Source: Macrostomum lignano (lineage: Eukaryota). Taken from it: a stretch of DNA of 64,000 nt. The notes beneath the pieces were generated by a model. That model saw only the letters and a list, made by a program, of their open reading frames with translations. It was not told where the DNA came from and did not search any database. Positions 12,307 to 24,600 of the stretch are shown here, piece after piece. A program made the translations under genes and the position numbers. How positions within the stretch are numbered: position 1 is the first letter of the stretch; every line of letters begins with the position of its first letter. Location of the stretch: NCBI GenBank assembly GCA_002269645.1, contig NIVC01002996.1, positions 62,001 to 126,000 on the forward strand, given 5' to 3'.

Positions 12307-13220
12307 CCCAGGCGTGAGATCCCAGTGGCATGATCACAGATCCCAGTGACATGATCACAGATCCCAGTGGCATGATCACAGATCCCAGTGGCATGATCAC
12401 AGATCCCAGTGACATGATCACAGATCCCAGTGGCATGATCACAGATCCCAGTGACATGATCACAGATCCCAGTGGCATGATCACAGATCCCAGTGACATG
12501 ATCACAGATCCCAGTGGCATGATCACAGATCCCAGTGACATGATCACAGATCCCAGTGGCATGATCCTATATCCCAGTGACATGATCCTATATCCCAGTG
12601 GCATGATCACAGATCCCAGTGGCATGATCACAGATCCCAGTGGCATGATCACAAATCCCAGTGACATGATCCTATATCCCAGTGATATGATCCTATATCC
12701 CAGTGGCATGATCACAGATCCCAGTGGCATGTTCACAGATCTCAGTGGCATGATCACAGATCCCAGTGGCATGATCACAGATCCCAGTGGCATGATCACA
12801 GATCCCAGTGGCATGTTCACAGGTCCCAGTGACATGATCACAGATCCCAGTGACATGATCCCAGATCCCAGTGGCATGATCACAGATCCCAGTGACATGA
12901 TCCCAGATCCCAGTGGCATGATCACAGATCGCAGTGGCATGATCCCAGATCCCAGTGGCATGATCACAGATCCCAGTGGCATGTTCACAGATCCCAGTGG
13001 CATGATCCCATATCCCAGTGACATGATCCTATATCCCAGTGACATGATCCTATATCCCAGTGACATGATCCCAGATCCTAGTGGCATGATCCCAGATCCC
13101 AGTGACATGATCCTATATCCCAGTGACATGACCCCAGATCCTAGTGGCATGATCCCAGATCCCAGTGGCATGATCACAGATCCCAGTGGCATGTTCACAG
13201 ATCCCAGTGGCATGATCCCA
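12307..13220. repeat. 21-bp minisatellite (gatcacagatcccagtggcat), about 43 units
   Basis: Direct reading. Confidence 0.95.
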
Positions 13221-13899
13221 GATGCGTGCACACTTGTGTCGAGAAAAAGCGAACTCATGAATCGCAACTGAAAAATCTGTTGTCTGAGAAGCTGACCGCA
13301 CAGCTGTAGCTTCATGCCAGCAGCTCCACACGGCAGCGGCGGGGCTGGCCGCGCTGGTGCAGACAGAAACTAAAAAATTCAGAATATCTTTGAAGCCCGA
13401 GCTTTCAATTTCAGTGAAGTCCCGGCCAATATTGAATTACCGGACAAGTTCGTTACCAACCTGAGGGTCTAATGTCATTATTGGCCTCGGGCTCTAATTC
13501 TGCACTCAAGCTCAACCGTAATTCAATAAGAGCAAGTTGGCATGAATCGCCCCCAGCTGACTACGGAGCGGAGGCCAAACACGGCCGTGGCGTGCAGGAA
13601 TTAAATCAAATAGGACACTTGAGGCCGATGGCGATCCCAGTGAGCCCCAGGATTTCAGCTTTCGAGAGCTGCTGCAATCTATTTTAACAAATCGACTATT
13701 TTATTACTAGATTAGTTCCACTTTGTAATTGGATGACCAGGAGCCGAGGGGAAGCGGATTTATCAACGCCAAGGGATCATGGGACAAAATTTCGTGATGA
13801 AAAGTTTTCATCAGACCAAATTAATATTTTTCGTTTATTGTGTAAACAATGCAGTTCTCCGACTTCCCAAATCCCAAAAAATTATGGGATCTCACTGAT

Positions 13900-14340
13900 G
13901 TCAAAGGATTGTGGGATTTCCCTGGTCTCAAAAGATTATGGGATTCTCCGATCCCAAAGGATCATAGAGTTTCCCCAATCTCAAAGGATTATGGGATTTC
14001 CCCAATCCCAAAGGACTATGGGATTTCCCCAATCCCAAAGGATTATGGGATTTCCCCAATCCCAAAGGATTATGGGATTTCCCCAATCCCAAATGGGATT
14101 TCCCCAATCCCAAATGAGATTTCCCCAATCCCAAAGGATTATGGGACGTCCCTAATGCCAAAGGATTATGGGATGTTCCTAATACCAAAGGATTATGGGA
14201 TTCACCGATCTCAAAGGATTATGGGATTCACCGATCTCATAGGATTATGGGGTTTCACTAATCCCAAAGGATTATGGGATTTCCCCAATCCCAAAATATT
14301 ATGGGATTTCCACAATCCCAAAGGATTATGGAATTCTCCC
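13900..14340. repeat. 27-bp minisatellite (gggatttccccaatcccaaaggattat) with degenerate edges
   Basis: Direct reading; 9-aa periodic ORF. Confidence 0.9.
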
Positions 14341-14959
14341 ATCCTAAATGATTGTGGAATTTCCATTATTTCAAAGAATCAGCGCATGTCAAATAAAAAG
14401 GCAGCGTTAATGAAATGAGTCAGTTCCAATTATGGAGAGGTGCAATATACAATCAGTTTACCGGGGCCACAATAGCATTGTATTTTTATAATACCGGCGT
14501 GTACTCTAAAACTTTACTGTTAAACAAAGTGGGCTCACGCAGGGAATCTTTCAGATGTATTTTCTAAAATACTTGAATAAAATACTTGAACAAAATACAA
14601 AAAATCTCAGATGAGAAGTTAAACCCATCGAATTAACTGGATAAAGAGAGAAAGTACGTTTAGTACTTGCACGGAAGGCTGAAAGCTCTGCAACAGAAAC
14701 ACACAAGGACCAGCAGGATCGGACGACAATTTGTTGTTTCTTAGAAAAGTTTTGAAGACTCAAGTTGCTAGAGAAATATGCTACAAAAGCCGGACTACGG
14801 GCTTGTCCCGTCCATCTAGGCTCGTAATTCTAGTGGTCCTTGAAAAATACAAGCAGATGTCACTGGCCATTGCTAGCTAAAGAAGCACGAAGCGCGTATG
14901 CGCATGCGGGTTACGTTAAGCTTCTGCTACTGTTAGTAGTGCGCGCAAGAAGTGGACAA

Positions 14960-15460
14960 TATCCATGGATAGGTTAGACACTTGGACATTACTGTTATCC
15001 ATGGATAGATTAGACACTTGGACATTACTGGTATCCATGGATAGGTTAGACACTTGGACATTACTTGTATCCATGGATAGGTTAGACACTTGGACATTAC
15101 TGTTATCCATGGATAGATTAGACACTTAGACATTACTGGTATCCATGGATAGATTAGACACATGGACATTACTGGTATCCATGGATAGATTAGACACTTG
15201 GACATTACTGGTATCCATGGATAGATTAGACACATGGACATTACTGGTATCCATGGATAGGTTTGAGTAGACACTTTGAAATTGCGGGTATCCATGGACA
15301 TTTCAGAGATTTGGACATTACTGGTATCCATGGACATTTTAGAGACTTGGACATTGCGGGCATCCATGGACAGGTTAGAGTAGACACTTTGAAATTGCGG
15401 GTATCCATGGACATTTTAGAGACTTGGACATTGCGGGCATCCATGGACAGGTTAGACATA
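14960..15460. repeat. 36-bp minisatellite (atccatggatagattagacacttggacattactggt) grading into a related variant
   Basis: Direct reading. Confidence 0.9.
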
Positions 15461-15640
15461 TAGACATTACCGACTACCGGTATCCAACGAAAGTTTAGAC
15501 ACCAGGACATTATGGACACATGGACATCACCAAAATCAGTACATCACGAACGTAAACGCTGCAAACGCCAGCACATTTCTGTTGCCTGGACAAATCGGAC
15601 AATTCACGGATGTCACGGACATTCTGACGCTGCTGCGTCA

Positions 15641-18600
15641 TCACAGCGACGTTTTACGACGCCGGGACTTGGAGAAAGCGAATCCTTCGTTGCCGCCGCC
15701 GGTGTCAGCGAAAGTGCCGCCGCTCCGGTCGCCCTCGATGGCGTCGTCGGCCGAGTTGAGCGCCTCGATGAAGCGGTCCAGCTTCTCCTCGGCCAGGCGC
15801 AGGCTGTGGATGTCCTCGGCCAGCTGGACGCTGCGGCCGCGCAGCGACTCCCGTAGCCGGCCGGGCTCCGCCGCCAGGCCAGTGAGGGCGTCGCCGACGG
15901 CCCGCTCAAGTCGGCGCGCCTCGATGTTGACGGCCTGCTGGCGCAGCGCCGAGCAGGTGGCGTCGAGCATGCGGCCGACCCGGTGGAAATACGGCACCGC
16001 GGCGCAGGCGGCGGCGGTGGGCAGGCGCTGCTGATAGTGGTAGAACATCCTGGCGCACTGGTCGCAGTTGGCCAGCCCGGCCCGCAGAGCCATCTGGCGC
16101 CGGACCAGCGGCCAGGCCTCGCGCAGCTCCTCGTCTGTGACCGCGGCGCCGGCTGCTTCGCCGGTGCTTCTATGGCTGGCGAAGGAGCGCCTGGCGGCAG
16201 CGAGGTCGGCGGCCGACAGACTCGCAGAAGGAATGCCGGCTGTCAGGGAAGTGGACGGGGAGATTGGAATACTCATAGAGGACAGATTGAATGGGATAAC
16301 GCAATTAGGAACACAGTTGCAACTTAAAGGGAATTAGAAAAGTCACAGTGACAGGGGATCAGGACAGTCACAGTGACAGGGGATCAGGACAGTCACAGTG
16401 ACAGGGGATCAGGACAGTCACAGTGACAGGGGATCAGGACAGTCACAGTGACAGGGGATCAGGACAGTCACAGTGACAGGGGATCAGGACAGTCACAGGG
16501 GATCAGGACAGTCACAGTGACAGGGGATCAGGACAGTCACAGGGGGATCAGGACAGTCACAGGGGGATCAGGACAGTCACAGGGGATCAGGACAGTCACA
16601 GGGGATCAGGACAGTCACAGTGACAGGGGATCAGGACAGTCACAGGGGATTAGGACAGTCACAGTGACAGGGGATCAGGACAGTCACAGGGGGATCAGGA
16701 CAGTCACAGGGGGATCAGGACAGTCCTAGTGACAGGGGATCAGGACAGTCACAGGGGGATCAGGACAGTCACAGGGGATCAGGACAGTCACAGGGGGATC
16801 AGGACAGTCACAGGGGATCAGAACAGTCACAGGGGGATCAGGATAGTCACAGGGGGATCAGGACAGTCACATGGGGATCAGGACAGTCACAGGGGGATCA
16901 GGACAGTCACAGGGGGATCAGGACAGTCACAGGGGATCAGAGCAGTCACGGGGGATCAGAGCAGTCACGGGGGAATCAGGACAGTCACAGGGGATCAGAA
17001 CAGTCACAGGGGGATCAGGACAGTCACAGGGGATCAGGACAGTCACAGGGGGATCAGGACAGTCACAGGGGGATCAGGACAGTCACAGGGGATCAGGACA
17101 GTCACATGGGGATCAGGACAGTCACATGGGGATCAGGACAGTCACATGGGGATCAGGACAGTCACAGGGGGATCAGGACAGTCACAGGGGGATCAGGACA
17201 GTCACAGTGGCAGGGGATCAGGACAGTCACATGGGGATCAGGACAGTCACATGGGGATCAGGACAGTCACAGGGGGATCAGGACAGTCACAGGGGGATCA
17301 AGGACAGTCACAGGGGGATCAGGACAGTCACAGTGGCAGGGGATCAGGACAGTCACAGGTAATCTCACCTGAGCCAGCCGTAGTCCGCAGCGCCTGTACC
17401 AGCCTACTCAGTCGGTCCTGCTCAGGCGTGGGCGCCTTCAGCCACTTGGCCCAGCGCTGCCAGCCGGAGGGCCCGCAGACCCGCGCCAGCTCGGCCTCCG
17501 TCTCGGCCAGCCGGTGCCGCAGCGCCTGCCTGAGCAGCGCCACCGCCGAGTCCCAGTCGGCGCGGCCGGGCTCGGCGCCCTGGTCGAGCAGAGCCGCCGA
17601 CTGCAGCACCCGGAGAGCCGCCTCGGCCTTGGGATCCAGCGGTGCGCCTGCACGGCCTCGGCTCGCACGGCGGAGCAGAGCGGCTCCAGCACGGGGTCGC
17701 CGCCGGCACCTGCGGGCAGGTCGGCGAACTGCTGGTACAGCACGGAGCGGCCCGCGGCCACGCACTGGCCGGGCAGGTCCGACTCCACCCAGCGGCGCAG
17801 GCCGATGTCAAGCCGAGTCTGCAGCAGCTCCGGCCTGGCCTCTGGCGCTGAATTGGCCGACTCAGCCTCCAGTAGAAGGTCCAGGGCCTGCGACAGCAGC
17901 GGACCGGAGAGGCTGTCGCGAAATGCCGCCTCCCAGCGCTGAGGGAGGGCCGGGTGGTGGAGGACTGCTGAAGTACTTCCGCTTTCACCATGGATAGATG
18001 CTGCAATCCGCCCCCTCCCCGATAGAGGCTGCCATCCGCCCCCGATCGAGGCTGCCATCCGCCCCCGATCGAGGCTGCCATCCGCCCCCGATCGAGGCTG
18101 CCATCCGCCCCCGATCGAGGCTGCCATCCGCCCCCGATCGAGGCTGCCATCCGCCCCCGATAGAGGCTGCCATCCGCCCCCGATCGAGGCTGCCATCCGC
18201 CCCCGATCGAGGCTGCCATCCGCCCCCCCGATACACAACACCACTCCCTAAACTCAGCCACCCGCCCACCCCACACTCAGCCACCGTTAGCCCACACTCA
18301 GCCACCGCCCAGCCCGCACTCAGCAACCGCCCCAGCCCGCACTCAGCAACCGCCCCAGCCCGCACTCAGCAACCGCCCCAGCCCGCACTCAGCAACCACC
18401 CCAGCCTGCACTCAGCAACCGCCCCAGCCCGCACTCAGCAACCGCCCCAGCCCGCACTCAGCAACCACCCCAGCCCGCACTCAGCAACCGCCCCAGCCCG
18501 CACTCAGCAACCACCCCAGCCTGCACTCGGCAACCGCCCCAGCCCATACTCAGCCACCGCCCACCCCGCACTCAGCAACCGCCCAGCCCGCACTCAGCAA

Positions 18601-21600
18601 CCGCCCCAGCCCGTACTCAGCAACGGCCCAAGCCCGCACTCAGTAACCGCCCCAGCCTGCACTCGGCAAGCTCAAGTCCCACCTCAGCCGGCAGAGCGCT
18701 CAGTGCGATGACCTCATCCAGCAGGTCCGACCGCGCCTTCTCAAACAGCTCAGCCCTGGAGCACTGCCGCCTGCCGGGGAAGCTGTGCTTCCACTCTGTC
18801 TCCAGGTTAAAGCGAAGCGCCTTCAACGAGTCCGCCTGAGCCTCGACCGACTCCCGCACTAGGGCCCAGAATCGCCTGCTGACGGCGCGGGCCATGTTGG
18901 CCGCGGTGACCTGACTGGGCGAGAGGCGGCCATCTTTGAACAGGCGCGAGCTGGCGAAGTACTCGGCTTCGTGTCGTTCAATTGCTTCAACAGATTCGTC
19001 CTGACTGCCCGACCCTGTGACCACGGCGAAGTAGCCCAGAGCCTTCAGCGGCAGAAGGCGGCCTGCCAGCAGCTTGGCGACTCGGTCAGGAGACACCTGT
19101 GGCAGGATGGGAGAAGAATGGGACGGATGGGTGAGGTAAGAGGGCGGATGGGAGAAATTAGGGGGCGGACAGGAGATGTCAGGGGCAGATGGGAGATGTC
19201 AGGGGCGGACGGGAGATGTCAGGGGCAGATGGGAGATGTCAGGGGCGGATGGGAGATGTCAGGGGCGGATGGGAGATGTCAGGGGCGGATGGGAGATGTC
19301 AGGGGCGGATGGGAGATGTCAGGGGCGGATGAGATTTTAGGAGGGGTGGATCGGATTATGGAAGGGATCAGATGGAAGTAAGAGAGGGCGGCTGTGAGCC
19401 ACACCCAGTGCTAACTGCAACCTCACCTTGTCCCTCTCGGCCAAGCCAGTGCTAACTGCAACCTCACCTTGTCCCTCTCGGCCAAGCCAGTGCTAACTGC
19501 AACCTCACCTTGTCCCTCTCGGCCAAGCCAGTGCTAACTGCAGCCTCACCTTGTCCCTCTCGGCCAAGTCCATCTTGGTGAGCACAAATATGGTTCGCCT
19601 GCCGGCGGGGTCGTGCTTGGCCACCAGGTCGAAGGCGTTGGACCGTTCCGGGTCGACGCAGGCGTCGGCCACGCACAGGATGATGGCGTTAGGGTTGCGC
19701 ATGTACTGGCGGGCCAGCTGGCGGATGGACTCGCGGGTCTGCGCGGCCATGCCGGCCGTCTCGGTGCTGATGATGCCGGGCAGGTCCACCAGCACCATGC
19801 GGGGCAGGCCGGGGCCCTGCACCGACAGCGGGATCGCCTCAGTGGAGACAGCGGCATCCGGGCCGGACGAGCGGACAGCGGCGCGCATTCGGCGCTCGAT
19901 GGCGTCGCGCAGGGCGGCCAGCTCGGACTCTTTGGTCAGGTCGAACTCTCTAGGGAGGGTGTGGATGGGTCATAGTGGGTCAGGTCATACCGGAGCCTGC
20001 TGGGTCATAGTGGGTCAGGTCATACCGGACCGTGCTGGGTCATAGTGGGTCAGGTCATACCGGAGCCTGCTGGGTCATAGTGGGTCAGGTCATACCGAAA
20101 CTGCTGGGTCATAGTGGGTTAGGGTTATACCGGACCGTGCTTGGTCATAAAGGGATTGGGTAGGGGTCATAGAGGGTCAGGTCATACGAGACCGGCATGG
20201 GGTCATAGTGGGTCAGGTCATACCAGACCGGCATGGGGTCATAGTGGGTCAGGTCATACCAGACCGGCATGGGGTCATAGTGGGTCAGGTCATACCAGAC
20301 CGGCATGGGGTCATAGCGGGTCAGGTCATACCAGACCGACATAGGGTCATAGTGGGTCAGGTCATACCAGACCGGCATGGGGTCATAGCGGGTCAGGTCA
20401 TACCAGACCGGCACGGGGTCATAGTGAATTAGGTCATAACACATTAAGTTGAAGTCATAAATAATTGGCGTCATAAACCCTAAATTGATGACGTCATGAA
20501 GACATTAAGTCCCTTCCACACCTGTCCGGATCGTCCTTGAATCTGGCCACATGGTAGGGCCCGTCAGCCAGGGTCACCTGCACCGGCGCCCGCGTCATCA
20601 TCTCGCCGGCGCCGCGGGGAAACAGCCGAGCCCGGGCCACAGCCTCCAGCACGGAGGTCTTGCCGGAGCTCTGGTCGCCGATGACCACCACTCGCGGCAG
20701 ATGATCGGCGGCAGAGAATTTGGCGTCCCGCTCGGACAGGGCGTCCAGCACTTCGCTGTACATGTCGATCAGGGACTTCCGAGCCGACCGGGAGCCGCGG
20801 CCGGGGCCGCCCAGCCGCAGCTCGGCCAGCTGGCGGCGAAGCTCGCGAGCTTCGGCCTCGAGCGAGGCGGCCTCGCGTTGGTAGCGAATCTCCAGCTCCT
20901 CCAGCTGCTGGGCGAGCTCCGTCGGCGCGTCTGCGTCGAGCGCCGCCGCCGAGGACTCGGCGCCTCCGTCGGCTTTGTTGGAGGCGTCTGCGACGAATGC
21001 AAGAAAATATTCTGCGTTGTTTTCACAAAAATTAGCGATAATATCACCAACAGACTACTCATTATACTTAAGTAGCAAATTAAGCTTCGTAATATTTAAC
21101 TTTTTGAACTTACCCGATGGACGCTGGACAAGTGACTTTAAACTGGCAACGGAGTTCTTCAACCAGCCCTGCAGAAGACAATTATAGATAAGGAGATTGC
21201 GAGTAGTTCATCTGCAATAACTATGATTGTAGTGCGCAGAAACCTGCCAGCAAAGAACTTCAGTAGGCCAAACTTGATATTTTGGGTCAAGCTGTGATTA
21301 TAGTAGGTCAATTAGCTCTGATTATAGTGGGTCATGCTTTGATTATAGTGGGTCAAGCTCTGGTTATAGTGGGTCAAGCTTTGATTATAGTCAAGCTGTA
21401 GTCAAGCTGTGATTATAGTAGGTCAATTAGCTCTGATTATAGTGGGTCAAGCTTTGATTATAGTAGGTCAATTAGCTCTGATTATAGTGGGTCAAGCTTT
21501 GATTATAGTAGGTCAATTAGCTCTGATTATAGTGGGTCAAGCTTTGATTATAGTAGGTCAACTAGCAATCTTCGCCCCCCGATGGGGGACATCTGGATAG

Positions 21601-24600
21601 AATCTCTGTTTTCTAAAGTAACAAAAAGACAGCCAAAAATCCTTCAAAAAGACAACAGACAAACTGCTCAAATGAAGTGCATTGCAAAAAGAAATCATCC
21701 CAAGACTGCAAGCATCCCCCAGATAGCAAGCATCCCCTAGATAGCAAGCATCCCCAAGATGGCAAGCATCCCCCAGATAGCAAGCATCCCCCAGATTGCA
21801 AGCATCCCCCAGATAGCAAGCATCCCCAAGATAGCAAGCATCCCTCAGATAGCAAGCATCCCCCAGATAGCAAGCATCCCCCAGATAGCAAGCATCCCCC
21901 AGAAAGCAAGCATCCCCCAGATAGCAAGCATCCCCAGATAGCAAGCATCCCCCAGATAGCAAGCATCCCCCAGATAGCAAGCATCCCCCAGATAGCAAGC
22001 ATCCCCCAGATAGCAAGCATCCCCCAGATAGCAAGCATCCCCCAGATAGCAAGCATCCCCCAGATAGCAAGCATCCCCAAGATAGATAGCATCCCCAAAT
22101 AGCAAGCATCCACCAGACAATAAGTAGCTAGTGCGACAATTTCCTTAGCATTATAGCGGCTCCTTTAAAATTCGCTTACTTTTACGTTTGAAATTGTGTA
22201 TCTTTTTATGTTTAACAGGGTGGCTCTTTTATGTTCTACGCTCGTACATGGTAACTCTTTTATGTTTGATACGGTGGCTTTTCAATGTCTGACATAGTGG
22301 CTCTTCTATGTTTGACATGGGGGCTCTTCTATGTTTGACATGGGGGCTCTTCTATGTTTGACATGGGGGCTCTTCTATGTTTGACATGGGGGCTCTTCTA
22401 TGTTTTACAAAGTGGCTTTTTAATGTTCAAAAAGGTGGCTCTTTTATGTTTGACATGGTGGCTCTTTAATGTTTGACATGGTGGCTCTTTAATGTTTGAC
22501 ATGGTGGCTCTTTAATGTTAGACAAAGTAGCTCTTTAATGTTTGACATGGTGGCTCTTTAATGTTAGACAAAGTAGCTCTTTAATGTTTGACATGATGGC
22601 TCTTTAATGATAGACATGGTGGCTCTTTAATTTTTGACATGGTGGCTCTTTAATGTTGGACATGGTGGCTCTTTAATGTTAGACATGGTGGCTCTTTAAT
22701 GTTCGACATAAAGTCACTTATATGTTTGACATGATGGCTCTTTTATGTTTAACATGGTGGCTCTTTAATGTTTGACATGGTAGCTCTTTTATGTTCGACA
22801 TGGTGGCTCTTTAATGTTCGACATGGTGGCTCTTTTATGTTCGACATGGTGTCGCTTCAATGTTTGACATGGAGTTACGTATATGTTTTACATGGTGGCT
22901 CTTTTATGTTCGACGTGGTGGCTCTTTAATGTTTGACATGGGGTCTCTTCAATGTTTGACATGGAGTTACGTATATGTTTGACATGGTGGCTCTTTAATG
23001 TTTTACATGGTGGCACTTTCATGTTTGACCTGGTGGCTCTTAAATGTTTGACATGGTGGCTCTGTAATGTTTGACATGGTGTCTCTTTAACGTTTGACAT
23101 AGAGTCATGTATATGTTTGACATGGTGGCTCTTAAATGTTTGACATGGTGGCTCTTTAATATTTGACATGGTGGCCCTTTTATGTTCGACATGGTGGCTC
23201 TTTAATGTTTGACATGGAGTCATATATATGTTTGACCTGGTGGCTCTTGTATTTTTAACACGTTGGCTCTTTAATGTTCGACATGGTGGCTCTTAAATGT
23301 CTAACATGGAGTCACGTATATGTTTGACATGGAGTCATGTATATGTCTGGTATGGTAGCTCTTTAATGTTTTACATGGAGTCACCTATATGTTTCACATG
23401 GTGGCTATTTTATGTTTGACATGGTGCTTCTTAAATGTTCGACATGGTGGCTCTTTAATGTTTTACATGGTGGCACTTTCATGTTTGACCTGGTGGCTCT
23501 TTAATGTTTGACATGGTGGCTCTTTAATATTTGACATGGTGGCCCTTTTATGTTCGACATGGTGGCTCTTTAATGTTTGACATGGAGTCATGTATATGTT
23601 TGACCTGGTGGCTCTTTAATGTTTGACATGGTGGCTCTTTAATGTTTTACATGGTGGCACTTTCATGTTTGACCTGGTGGCTCTTTAATGTTTGACATGG
23701 TGGCTCTTTAATATTTGACATGGTGGCCCTTTTATGTTCGACATGGTGGCTCTTTAATGTTTGACATGGAGTCATGTATATGTTTGACCTGGTGGCACTT
23801 TCATGTTTGACCTGGTGGCTCTTTAATGTTTGACATGGTGGCTTTTTAATATTTGACATGGTGGCACTTTCATGTTTGACCTGGTGGGTCTTTAATGTTT
23901 GACATGGTACCTCTTTTATGTTCGACATGGTGGCTCTTTAATGTTTTACATGGTGGCTCTTTAATGTTTGACATGGTGGCTCTTTAATGTTTGATAAGGT
24001 GGCTCTTTAATGTTTGACATTGTGGCTCTTTAATATTTGACAAGGTGGCTCTTTAATGTTTAAAATGGTGGCTCTTTAATTTTCGAAATGGTGGCTGTTT
24101 TATGTTTGACATGGTGGCTCTTTAATGTTCGACATGGTGGCTCTTTAATGTTCTTAATGGTGTCTGTTTTATGTTTGACCTGGCGGCTCTTTAATGTTTG
24201 ACATGGTAACTCTTTTAGGTTTGAAATGGTGTCTCTTTAATGTTTGCCATTGTGGCTCTTTAATGTTTGACATGGTGGCTTTTTAATGTTCGACATGGTG
24301 GCTCTTTTAGGTTTGAAATGGTAACTCTTGTATGTTTGATATGGTGGCTCTTTTATGTTCGACATGGTGGCTCTTTAATGTTTGACATTGTGGCTCTTTA
24401 ATGTTTGAAATGGTGGCTCTTTAATGTTTCGACATGGTGGCTCTTTAATGTTGAGAATTTTGTGTTTTTTAACGTGTTTTAATAAAAAAAACATTTTTCA
24501 CCACTAAGATTCGAACCAAGGTCGCTACATTAGCATTCCAGTCTGTTTGCATCCGGCTATCTCTTTTCAATTGGAGAACATGACTTGTGGCCCTTATAAT

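Noticed and set aside
13222-13310. Possible terminal exon after the 21-bp array (CVEKKRTHESQLKNLLSEKLTAQL*)
   Set aside because: No recognisable homology and no supportable upstream exon.
24495-24565. tRNA-like B box (GGTTCGAATC on the minus strand) inside the Helitron
   Set aside because: No cloverleaf, tail or TSD can be seen; at most a captured SINE remnant.
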